Of a stretch of 64,000 nt of DNA, positions 23,191-35,475 are shown in pieces. The stretch's first letter is position 1. Every line of letters begins with the position of its first letter. Source of the DNA: Yuukianura sp. NJ FZ-2021 (taxonomy: Eukaryota). The translations under genes and the position numbers were made by a program. The stretch spans positions 62,001 to 126,000 of the forward strand of contig CM102288.1 in NCBI GenBank assembly GCA_046563655.1, given 5' to 3'. A model generated the notes under the pieces. That model was not told the DNA's origin. It was given only the letters and a program-made list of their open reading frames with translations, and did no database searches.

Positions 23191-25680
23191 ATGGAGTTTA
23201 TCGAATTAATCAAAGCCCCTAAAGTGGACAATGTCATCCTGAGACGCCCTTTGTATCCAAGAATAGAAGGGACACTTTGTGTCACAGGTCACCACCTCAT
23301 CCTCTCCTCTCGGAAGGACGATCAACAGGAGTTCTGGGTAACTAACTTAACTTTCTAACTTTAATTCCTTATTTTAGGATTAAGCGTGCTCACTGGATTC
23401 TTTTGTCAGTTAATTTAACTGGAAACGTTTTTGTATGGGTTTTAGCTCCTACATCGCAATGTGGATTTGGTCGAGAGGAAACCCTCCCCGCAGCAGTTCC
23501 CAGGTGGATGTTTGGTCATCAAATGCAAAGACTTCTCAGTACTCACACTCGACATTTCTACTACTGAAGACTTCCTTAACGTCGCAGACTCCATTGAAGC
23601 ACTTTCTAATCTCGGTCGGTTTTTCACTTACTTGCATTAATCATTTACTAATTACTCAAACGTGTAGATGTCCCTGGTCTCCTGTACCCATTCTTCTATC
23701 GATCGCTTCAACCCATTGTGGAAGACGGTTGGTTTGCTTTTACGGTGGAAGCAGAGTTTTCGAAACTAGTTCTCAAGACTGATGAATGGCGGATCTCATA
23801 TGTCAACAAGGACTACAAGGTTACCCCATTATAACTACTAACTAACTCTAACTAATTAACAAAGTAATTAAGATGTAGGTGTGTGATTCCTATCCTGAGG
23901 CTGTCGTGGTTCCGAAGTCAGTGGCCGATGAGGTCATTGCCACTGCCGCTACTTTTCGTCAAGGTGGACGTTTTCCAGTTTTATCCTACCGCCATGACAA
24001 CGGCTCTGTTCTTTTACGCTCGGGACAGCCACTGGTGGGGCCAAGTGGAAAGAGATGCAAGGAAGATGAAAGACTCATCAACGCTGTTCTTGGACCTGGC
24101 AAAAGAGGGTACTCCAATCACTTTCACTGGACATAATGAAGAATACTAATCGTTTTATTTTGTTTTTCCATTAGGTACATTGTTGATACGAGGACACAGA
24201 CACTGGCGCAGACTGCAAAGGTTAGTCCAGTTCCAGCCACATTTCCACACACTCTCTCTTTCCACTTCTCACTTTCTTTTGTTGCTTTTGTGCCTGCGAC
24301 TGTATCTCGTCTGCCGCTCCTGACAAATTGCAGACTGCCATTTCATCTTCTTTTGTGTAACTTTTCTCTTTCTCTTTCAACTTCCTTCTCAATTTCCAAT
24401 TCAACTAAAGAAAGTGGGATTTGGGTTTTGTGTGGATGAATTCGACTTCAGGTTGTATTTGATTGGCAGTCACGAGGCGGTGGGTACGAACTGGAAATTC
24501 ACTATCCCCAGTGGAGACGCGTCCACAAGCCGATCGACAGGCATCACAATCTTCTCGACTCCTTGGCCAAGCTCATCGAAGGTTCCCACCAATTCAATTA
24601 CTTACATCAACATTGCAATTCTTCACTTGCAAAATGATGTTTTGAATGTATTTCAGGGTGTAATGACACGAGCGGATCGATGGATAAATGGCTCAGTCGC
24701 TTGGAAGGATCCAATTGGCTAAGCAACGTCAGAGATACTTTGAACTGCGCATGTCTCGTGGCGCAGTGTTTGGATCAAGACAATCTGAGTGTCTTGGCTC
24801 ATGGATCAGATGGGACTGACACGACGCTGGCCGTCACTTCTCTTTCGCAAGTCATCCTAAATCCAGATTGTAGGACTATTCGAGGTTTCGAAGTAAGTCC
24901 AATTCAAAAGTTTAAAAAATACTTGCTTCCTGTCATAATTTTAGTTGATTTTGTGTGGAAACAGGCTTTAATTGAGCGTGAGTGGATTCAAGGTGGCTAT
25001 CCCTTTGGCAGTCGTCACTTTCATTCAGTCTACGCCTATTCTGGATCAACTCTCAAAAATCCCAAGCGGAAATACGCTCCCACATTCCTTCTCTTTCTGG
25101 ACTGCGTCTGGCAACTCTTTTCTCAGTTCCCTTGCAGTTTCCAATTCCAGGAAAACTTCTTGATCACCGTCTTCAACCATTCTTACGCTTCACAGGTAAC
25201 AATAATTGGCATTAACATTAAATATTAAACCTGTGCTTTACTTTATACTTGATTTCAGTTTGGAACATTTGTGGGAGACACTGTTGCAGAGAGAGAAGCA
25301 CTGGAACTAAGACAGAAAACTGTTAGTTTGTGGTCGTACGTCAATCGGACTGATGTGATTCAGACATTCATGAATCCACTCTACGAACCAAATCCTGCTG
25401 TCATTTGGCCTTCAGTCGCTCCACCTTCAGTCGTAAGCATTCTAACACTTTCCGTAATACTTTATCTAACTAATTGACTTTCTTTTTTAAGACTCTTTGG
25501 TCTGGTCTGTTTCTGCGATGGGTGGTGGATCAGTCACAAGCCGAGAAAGTTTGGACTGAAATGGGAACGATGAAGGAGCGTGAAAACGAATTGAGAAGAC
25601 GAGCAGCCAAACTAAGGAAGGAACTGCTGGAGTTGGAGAGAAAGGTGAAGCCCAGCGACGGGGAGTCAGACGCACTTTAG
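23191..25680 (+). CDS. MTMR9: Myotubularin-related protein 9 (pseudophosphatase)
   Basis: MEFIELIKAPKVDNVIL...GTLCVTGHHLILS; FRQGGRFPVLSY; LAHGSDGTDTT in place of catalytic CX5R; LIEREWIQGG; PTFLLFLDCVWQ; C-terminal coiled coil; TAG ends at 25680. Confidence 0.93.
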
Positions 25681-26186
25681 TCAGTATCTCCTGAATTTTA
25701 ATTTAACTTGATGTTTCGTTGGGTTAGCAATCAATTATCAATTAAATTATCCCATTTGAACTGGAAAATCATAGGAAGTGAGTGGTTAGCGACATCTGTG
25801 TTCTTATTTTCGAGAGAGAGGGATGAGTGGACACTTTGAATTTCATTTTTACCACTTTTTTGTCTCTTTTTTTTTGTGGTTTTTGCATGAGATTTCATTG
25901 GGAGAGGAGCGAAAAGCCGAAGAGCCAACTTCATTTCTTTCCAGTCTTTTCTACAAAGGAAGTCACACGCTCATTCAGTTATCTCCGCTAATCGTTCTTT
26001 TATTCAACTTGGGAAATTAGCGATCAACCAGAGGTCAAGGGTCATCATCACCTTTTCAGCTCTACGGTCCTTCAGCATCACACTGCAGCAGTGTCATCCG
26101 CTCTTTCATCGAAGATCCTTGTCACTTACTCTCCTAATTAGTCACCAAATCAAGTGTGACCTTAGTTACTAATCACTACAGTCAAC

Positions 26187-26940
26187 ATGACGGAAGCAAA
26201 AGTGTAAGTTTACTTTTATGTTGCATCCCGTTATCGGCTACCGCGAATCTTTCATATCAAACGCGTTGTATTTACAGTCAATATGAGATCAATCATCTCT
26301 TTATTGATTTTCGGATTGATTTCACAAGTGTTTTGTCTCTTTCCAGAACACTTCTCACTCCAGCCGCCAAATGGGCCCAGAGGAACAATGTGCTGCTGTT
26401 CACTGTGGAAGTGGAAGACTGTGTCAATCCCACCGTCAAACTAGAACCCACCACCTTCTACTTCCGTGGCACTGGAGGATCAGACAAGAAAGAGTACGAA
26501 CTGACGGTGGAACTGCACGGGGAAATCGACCCTGAGGCCTCCAAGTACACCGTCCTCGGCAGAGAAATTGAGTTTACCCTCAAGAAAGCCAAGGAAGGGT
26601 TCTGGCCAAGGTTGACGAAGAGTTCCTCGAAGCAGCACTGGCTCAAAGTGGACTTTGGGAAGTGGAAGGACGAGGACGAAGTGTCAGACGAAGAGGAAGG
26701 CGGTTTCGGCGGGATGGGAGGCATGGGCGGAGGAATGGGAGGCGGTGACATGGATTTTGAAAAGGTAAATGTCAATCAAAATTAAAAGTAAGGTCAATTC
26801 CTAACATTTGTTTGTGTCAGATGATGCGAGACATGGGTGGGATCGGCGGTGGAGCTGGTGGACCTAAAGTGGGAATGGATGACTTGGATGATGAGCCAGA
26901 GACGGATTCAGATGATGAAGCTCTGCCCGAACTTGAATAG
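26187..26940 (+). CDS. PTGES3: Hsp90 co-chaperone p23 / prostaglandin E synthase 3, 3 exons
   Basis: PAAKWAQR, FWPRLTK, WLKVDFGKWKDEDE, Gly/Met-rich tail, acidic end DSDDEALPELE*. Confidence 0.93.
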
Positions 26941-27261
26941 GCACCTCTTCTTTCCATTTTTCTAAATAATCCAACCAATAATTAATTGTAGATTTAGGTG
27001 TAATTACTAATTAATTCCCCATTAGTTGGTATTCACTGAGTATCTAATCTGCTCTACAGGAAGTCCTTGTCTCCTGTACCACAAATAAAATCCACTTTTC
27101 AAACAGTTCAATTTTTAGATTTCTTTTTATTTTTCCACGGTTTAATCAGACAGGTTTCGACTGACATGTTTGTTGGGGGTGATGAGGGTGGGAAGAGTAG
27201 ATGCTGACTCAAGTGCCAGAGACAGGGTGGGTGTGGGACCGTGGGAACTCAGAGTGGTTTC

Positions 27262-30200
27262 TCAGTTGTCTGATCCATCTCCATAATCTCGTTTTCCCAC
27301 GTTAAGACGATCCGGAGCAGCAGTAGTGTTGAATCCCAGAATCCGCGCATCCACTTTCTGCATCTTCCCCTTCTTCGCTTTCTTCCCTTTCACCTAAACC
27401 ACAAATTAAATGAAATTGAACCACAATTGATGGAAACTGAAGAGAAAAGTAATTTACATCTTAATAATTTGTGAATTACCTCTTGGAATTCGGTGGTTGG
27501 TGGGTTGGGAGTGGAAGCTGGACGGAACAGAGTTTCCTCAAATCCCTTCACTTCCATTCCAGCCCCACTCCGAACACTCTTCCAGCGGGATCGCTTCTCA
27601 ATAAACTGCCGCGCAAATTCTCGAACTTCTTTTCCATCTCCCAAGTAAGATCTGCAAGTCAAACAAAAAGTAATTCAGAACTACAAATGTCGAATGTAAA
27701 CCGGACAATTTAGAAGGAAAGTTTACCTGACGTAGTCGTTGACTTCGAATGGGGACTCCACTTCTTTGAGGAAGTTGATAAAAGTGGGAACATCCACGTT
27801 CCCAGCAAAGTTCCTCACGGTTTCATAGCACCACTGCGTGAAAGGATCCTCCGTCTTCCCTTCTGCCTCTCTCCGCCCACTTCCATCTCCAACACTCAGT
27901 CCATGGTCTTGGATCAACTTCAAAAAGGAATCTTCAGGCTCCTTCCCACTCCCTTTCCCACCCAAACTGGAATGACCAGTACTTTTGGCGGGAGTTGAAG
28001 TTCCTACTGCTGGCGGTGGGTCAGAGTCCCACTTCTTCCTTCCCTCCTCCCACACAGAGCCACCGTTCCCCTTGGGGGGTTGGACTGGAGGAGCATTGAG
28101 TGAAGCTCGAGTGGCCCAAGTCATCGTGGGATTCCACCCGTGCTGCAAAGTGTGCTGGCGACTCTGCAACTCCTTCTCACGCCTCTTCTCCTCCAACTAA
28201 AATTCACCAAAAACAAAATCAAAAACAAAACATACAACAATCAGCGCTAAAAAGTTAAAAAAAAGTAAAAAAAGAAACTAACTTTTGCAGCCTCTTCAGC
28301 CTGAATTTCTGCCAAGCTCTTGATCGGAACTGCTGACTGCGGCAGAAGCGGCTGAGCCCAAGTGAGACTCATCTTGGACTGCTGATCTCTTTGGCGTTCT
28401 CGAGCCTCCTCTTCTTGCTTCTTCTTCATCGCTTGTTGCTGGGCTCTGCGAACTTCCAGTTGCATCGCTTCCTCCTCCTGGATTTCCAGCAAAGTTCTTT
28501 GAACTTGGGATCCAGTGGCAGCATTCCATGGCATCTTCTGTTGTTGTTGTTGAAGCTCTTGCATCTTCTTCATTTGCATCTCCTGTTGGATTCGTCTCTC
28601 TTCTCTCCGATTTTGTTCCTCCAGTTCAGCTTGAGCTCGGCGTTCCTGTTCTTGTCTCTCACGTTCCCTCTCACGCTCTCGTTCCTCTTCTCGCTCTTTC
28701 TCTAATCTTGCCTGCTCAATTCTTTGTTGCTCAAGACGCTGTTGGGCAAGTCTTTGTTGTTCCAGTTTCTGAAGAGCTTCTCGCTGTTTCTCCAGCGCCC
28801 TTTCCTGTTCCATACGCTGACGAGCAAGCTCTTGTTGTTGAAGCCTTTGCTGCAAAGCCAATTCTTCACGCTGACGAGCCAAATCTGCAGCAGCCAGTTG
28901 TTGTTGTTGCACCATCTCCTACAAAATTAAAAACAGGATGATTAACATTTGAATTTTAATTTTCAAAATGAACCACAATGGATTTGAACCTCGTAAGCTC
29001 GTTTTTGCTCTTGTTCCAATTCGAGTCGCTTCTGTTCGGCCTCCATTCGCTTCCGATCTTCTTCCTCTTGAATTCGTTTCCGTTCCAGTTCTTCCTCCTT
29101 CTTTTTTCGAGCAAGAAACTCTTCCTCTGCCTTGATTTGTTGAATTTTCATGTACTGTTCACGGTAATCCCAAAGCGGGTTCCCAGCAGAAGTGGTTGGA
29201 ATTGGTGGGACTTGAGAATTCCATGAATTGGGAGCCACTGCTGGTCCCCACCCATTCCCACCTCCCGTCTTCAGTCCCACTCCTTGCGTTTGAGTATTTG
29301 TCATGTTAGTCAACTGCTGAAGGAGACTCTGAATAGGATCCGCAGCTACACCCTCACTCTGATTCTACAAACCAAACAAAAATTTAGTAAAATGAAAAAT
29401 ATAAATTAACTTTGTTGTGTAAAATAAGTTTTTTATGTAAAAATTAACTTTTAGTCTAACCTGCTGATTGGATACTTGATGTGGGACATTTGAATTGCGG
29501 AACTCTGCCTTGTCCTGATTTTTGAGCTGCGTCTGTCTCTGCTGGAAGAGAGCCTGGAGGTCAAAAGGTGAATCAGCCACACCCATTCCCATCCCGCCCT
29601 GTGCCTTCACCATGTTCGTCAGAAGGATCTGAGCCTGCTGCAGTTGAGCAGCAGCAGTACTTCCAGCATTTCCCGAAGGACCTTGAGACCAAACTTCGTT
29701 CTCTTTCCGAGACTGACCTTGGAGAGCACTGTTTAAAAAAAACAAAGCCTTTAGTCAAAGTCTTTAGACTTTTTTTTTTAAAAAAGTGATTTTAAATTGA
29801 GAGTTTTACTTGAGTAAGTATTGTTGCTGCTGGTGGAAAAGTTGTTTCTGCTGGAATTGAGGATGAGCAGGATGAAGGGGCTCGACCAGAAGGGGGTCTA
29901 AGGCACTCGTTCCATTCCCATCCTAGAGTCAAAAACAAACTTTTCATTAAGAATCCTGCGTATTTTTAGAAATGAGTTCATACTTGAAGTGGCGGAGGAG
30001 TGATGGCATCGGGTTGCCCGACGAATGGATTTCTCCCATACAGTTTGCCCATTTCAGACAGAGTGATGAAAATCTTGTCACATTCGCGTCTTAAATAGAG
30101 TCCACCGGAAAAGTAGCCTTGACTGAGCCAGAGAGACATTTCAGAGGAGGCAAAGGGCCCTTGAACATTCCCTTGAGGGTCCCTGTAGAACCAAATGTCA

Positions 30201-31969
30201 GGAGAACCAAGTGCTGGAGGCAGAGGGGGTGGAGTGGACAGCGGCTGCACTGGAACGCTCGAATTCCCACTCACAGTGGCTGGAATTGAAGAAACGGCGG
30301 GGGGAAGGGTGGGTTCGTGAACTTGGTGAACCAAAGCAGCGTCATCTTCAATCAACTTTGCAACCAAACTGTCGGCATCTTCGCTCAAACTAAAAATATA
30401 TCAGAAATTGATAAATTATATAAATTACTTATATTATATTATATAGTTTATGACTTATGTTTGTTGCCTTACCTTCGGTAGTGCTCTTCGTTGACTGGTT
30501 TTTGAGGGGGTTCAAATGTGTGTTGTGGCGTAGAGGTTGTGTCAACTGGGTTGTCTTTTTGGTTCGGCGGTTCCTTGACTTCGTCCTTGGGGGGTTGCGG
30601 AGAGGGGGACTTGGATTTAGGTTTGGAGCGATTAGATTGGCGTTCCTCGTCAGCTTCCTTGATCGTCGTCCGAACAGTGTTTCTTTCAGGCTTCTTTTGT
30701 ACTCTGTGTTGAGATCCAGACTGAGAATCCTCCTTCCCAGTCTCCTTCCCATGGTCTCCTCCCTCTGAACGACGACTGAGCTCAAAGGCATTCGTCTTGG
30801 CACTGTAACGATCCTCGTCATGAAATGCACCGCTCGAGTCGAATGTCCCACTCTCCTCACTAGGATTGTCCTTTGCCCTACAATTACACACAAATTAAAT
30901 TATGTTAAATATATTATATTTATATAAATATTTCACTTTGATAGAGTAATTACCATTCTGGGAGATCTTGAGTCCCATCGTCACTCCAACTCTTGTGCAC
31001 TCGACGCATGTTGTTTCGGGGAGGTGTATACTCGTCGTCATCGTCCCTTCTCCAGCGCGGTTTATTCCTCCATCCATCCTCATTATCTTCAAATCGACCA
31101 CCACTTTTGGAATAGTTGTCCGACCGACTTCTCCAGTTCCCACCGCCACCCCCTCGACTATTCTCCCCCTCTGGGGGACTTCCAGCAAGTCCATTTCGTT
31201 CTCTGTCCGGAACCCAATTCCGCTCATGCGCACTCAAAGAACGGGAAAATGAATGTTGTTGACGAAAACGCGGATCTTCATCTTCATGGGGGCGACCATA
31301 GTAGCCACCGCGTCCCCCTCCACGACCGCCTCCACGTCCCCCACGATCAATTCCACGTCCACGACCAGCAAAACCCCCTCCTCGACTCAAGGGAGAAGAC
31401 AACCCCCCACCACCGACTGGCCCCCCACCACTCAGCCTCGATGATTCCGGCTGCGGAACATGCCAAGTACGCAGTTCTTCTTCTGATGGTTGGGAAAAGG
31501 AGAGTGGTGGTTGCATTTTCTCAATGAAGAGATTTCCGTACTTGGTGAGATAGTCGGGTGCCTGGAGATTCTTGTCGTACAAAGTGAGGATTTCCTCCCG
31601 AGTGTAGCGAAATTCAGACGGCTTGAAGCGATTGGGAGGCAAAAGTGGTTGAGTTGACGAGGAACCACTTGAGTTTGCATTGCTATTGCTATGGTTAGAG
31701 TAGCGAACACGATCTCTGTCCGCTTCCTTCTCCCGATCACGAGATGATCCATGATGATAAGAGCCACTGGGACTTCGCTCCACCGATCCACGTTCGCCAC
31801 CACCGCCACCGCCACTTCCCGAAGCCCAACCACCGCCACTATGTCCACTCCCCGTTCCAGCATTCCCAGTTCCAGTCGTACTGTTGTCAGACGACAAGGC
31901 TCGGAGCCAATCTGGACCAAACTTCAACGACGCATCTCCAATCTTCGTTTGTATCGGCATCTGATTCAT
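27262..31969 (-). CDS. Gyf: GIGYF family GYF-domain translational repressor (multi-exon)
   Basis: N-terminal [11 protein letters not shown], 4EHP-binding-like [16 protein letters not shown] motif, GYF domain [30 protein letters not shown] coiled coil, C-terminal [24 protein letters not shown] and [12 protein letters not shown]. Confidence 0.93.
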
Positions 31970-32934
31970 ACTTGAACTGAAAAGTAATCACAAATCATTA
32001 AATTAAAACTAAACATTGGATATTGGAATTTATGTGCCTCCATTCTACTAAAATTGGATCAAGATGATTCACCTCTTGCTTGGCATCTCCTCCTAACCAA
32101 ACGTCAGTCAAGAAACAACGCTTGCACGGAATATACTGGACACTGACTGGAGTGTTTTGCACTGTACAGCTGTCTTCTACCAAACACACCAACAGTTTAT
32201 CAAGTACTCACTCAATAACAAGCTAAGTTAGTCTTACGATTTGGGACCAAAGAGAGGATCACACGGCACACTTGGAATTTCCAACGAACGTTTATGCACA
32301 CTAATTGATTACACGAGTTAGGTTTTAATTGATTTTGGAATTGGCGAAGAAGATGAGAGCAAGTGGAACTTACAACGACCCAATGAACGAATGAACAACA
32401 CGAAATCCAAAGTTTAGCAAATGCAAATGAGAAGAGATGGGTCCTCTTTTCTGCACGCAAAAAAAGAACAATAGAATTCCATTTTTAGCCCAATTACAAA
32501 CAGCTAGAGTCATGCGCCCCCAATTTAAGTCTATGAGGATTATTCATAATCCCAAATTTCAGAACGATAGAAATTTAATTTATGTGGAAAGTTCGAGTGT
32601 ATGAATATCAGAATTCCAATTTTCAAAAAACTAGAAAGCTAAAGGCCTGTTTATACCGGACCACTGGATGGATTTTCCTTCCACTGGACGTCCAGTCCAG
32701 TGGAAAAAATTTGTCTCGTTCATACCAGATTTTGGGGAAAGTGAGGGGTGGATTTTTTTTCCATGGATGGATTTTCCTTCCACTGGAAAAAAAATCCATG
32801 GGTGCAGTATGAACGGAGGTTTTCCACTCTGGATTTCTGAAAGGCGCCTTTCAAATAAAAGTTGAAATGTGTGAACAAAGAATTGGTGTTTTGAACAACT
32901 GAAAAAAACATAATCGGTTTAGATACTTTTGAAA

Positions 32935-34486
32935 ATGGAAGATTCGGTAGATATCGCAGTTTTGTTTTACATGTATCGACGATTAAAACGAAAAAAAAGG
33001 AGGAGGTGGTCGGTACACCCTCTGAACACCCTTCGTCCATCACTTGGAGAACATATCAAAATTCAGAAAATGTACGACTCGTATCCAGAACTTTTTTTTC
33101 AGTATACAAGGATGACTCCATCCACTTTCGACACCCTGCTCAATTTAATTGCACCAAAGATATCAAAACAGGATACAAACTATCGACAGGCAATACCTGC
33201 ACGTGATCGACTGATTGTTACTCTCAGGTTAGCTCTAACCTCCAATTTACAATTTGAGGGTTTATTTCTATAATCGATTTTTCTAACAGGTACTTGGCTA
33301 CTGGAGATTCAATTACAACGATTGCAACGAGCTTCAGCATGGGGAAGTCAACAGTTTGGTGTGTGATTCAGGAGGTCTTGGATGTAATCTGGGAGGTTCT
33401 GTCACCTAATTACTTAAAGGTACGAGACGAAATTGAGCAAATAAAAAAAAGCATGGAGCCATGCTAAAGTCAGCTTTTCTTTATTTAGTTTCCATCACAG
33501 GAAGACTGGCTTAGAATTGTCAAGGATTTTGAAGACAAATGGCAGTTCCCAAATTGTTTCGGTGCCGTAGACGGCAAGCATGTGGTCATTGCCGCCCCTC
33601 CCAACTCCGGTTCATTGTATCACAATTATAAGGGATCGTTCAGCATCGTTTTGCTTGCGACGTGTGATGCGGACTACAATTTTACATTTGTGGACATTGG
33701 AGCGTACGGCAGGCAAAGCGACGGAGGAATCTTCCAAAATTCAGCGCTTGGAAGAGGCCTACTACAAGGTTAATTTTTAAAAAAAGGTTCAGTGTGGCTC
33801 CACACTAACTTTTTTTTCTAATTTTTTTTATTTTCCATACATTTCAGGCTCTATCGACATTCCCGGCGACAGAAGAATCCCAAATACGAATCTAGTTCAG
33901 CCGTGTACCCTTGTAGGAGATGAAGCCTTTGCGTTGTCTGATTTTATGATGCGACCTTACTCCGGCGTTGTCAAAGATGCTAGAAAACGCATTTTCAATT
34001 ACAGACTGTCCCGTGCTCGTCGTATTATTGAAAACACTTTTGGTATCATGGTCAGCCGTTATCGAATTTTCCAACGCCGGCTGTACGCGGACGATACGCA
34101 GGTTAAAAGGATTGTAAGAGGTAGGATGTAGATGACTTTTGACTACAGCATGGAGCCATGCTAAAAACTAAACTATCCCATCATTTTCAGGGACAACGGT
34201 TCTTCATAATTTTGTCAGGCACCAAGAGAAGGGTCTTCAACCTACCGGGAGAATGTACTGTCCCCCTGGTTATGTGGACTCAGAAGACGAACGAAACGGA
34301 GGTTGGAGAACTGAAATGTCTGGAGAACTAATTTTGACTCCTGTTAAGTTATCCAGCTCACACAATGCGGTCAATTCTGCCAAACAAATGCGTGACAATT
34401 TGGCTGATCATTTCATCTCTGAAAACGGAAAGGTTGCCTGGCAAGACGAAAAAGCGGCTTTACTACCTGGATACAATACTTATTAA
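32935..34486 (+). CDS. Harbinger/HARBI1-like DDE transposase, 5 exons, ~423 aa
   Basis: Exons 32935-33227, 33290-33419, 33489-33768, 33848-34120, 34191-34486 join in frame without stops. Motifs [57 protein letters not shown] triad present. Confidence 0.93.
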
Positions 34487-34564
34487 TGTTTTGAATGTTT
34501 AATGTTTAATAAATATTTTAGAATCCAAAAGTATGGCGCCATACTCCACTTACTCATTCTGTAC

Positions 34565-35475
34565 TCAAACGTCCGCGTTAAGTACAGTGATTGTGGGATG
34601 TTTGCAATCAAACAACAGTTTCGAGATTTGAAATTTTAGGAACGACGCTGTCGCAGGTTCCATTTTGCGTAGTTGTTCAGCTATGTCCATCCCAAAGTGA
34701 TGAAACTCGTCTTGATTTATGTTTGGTCTTTTCAAATATCTCACGAATTCCGCTTCCACACGATCACTTGGACTTGTACCACTCCATTTTCGTTTTCTTG
34801 AGTTTGTATGGACTTCATGAACTTCCGCGTCCTAAAAAAAGTTTAGTTTAGAATGGCTCCATTCTCAACTGTCTATAAACTAGAACTAAACTTTTACAAT
34901 AATTAAACTTACAATGCTGTTCATTGGTAGGGTAGAGGTACCATCCGCATCCACTGGGTCCTCCTCGTCTTGAACGTTGGGTTGAGAGTCCAAGTTTCCA
35001 GATGTACTGTACATAAACATATTAAAAGACGAGTATAATAATTCATGCATTACATTTAACAATTGCATATTAGCTACAACAATGACAAACCTCGCAGATG
35101 CATAGTAGTCATCCATAAATCGGAGTGAATGGAAATACGGCCAAGCTTCAATCTTTTTGCGGGCCTGACCTGTCTTCCCTATTATCTGTTGCTTTTTCTT
35201 CCGATAGGAATCTTTCAATTTGCTCCATGTTGACCGGCACCATTGAGCTGTGATAATGAACATTCTTATTACAATTTAAATTAAACTGAAAATAGCATGG
35301 AGCCATGCTCACCTTCCTGGCCAATTTCAGCAGCAACTTCTTCCCATGCTTGCTCTCGTAAGAACTTGTTCCGGTTTGATGAAGAACTAGCATCGTAAAG
35401 AACTTTACGGTTTTGTACTGCCGTTATCAAAAACTCTTTTGCCTCTCCGTCGTTCTCTTGACTTTCGTTATCCAT
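34565..35475 (-). CDS. Harbinger accessory MADF (Myb/SANT-like) protein with BESS-like C-terminus, 4 exons, ~226 aa
   Basis: Exons 35475-35313, 35247-35091, 35006-34913, 34831-34565 join in frame. LITAVQNRKVLYD...REQAWEEVA...WSKLKDSYRK...WPYFHSLRFM (MADF); C-terminal DEFHHFGMDIAEQLRKM...LKFQISKLL. Confidence 0.88.

Noticed and set aside
32582..33043. Short ORFs over the transposon ends (also 35521-35894)
   Set aside because: Translations of the repetitive TIR and subterminal motifs, not genes.
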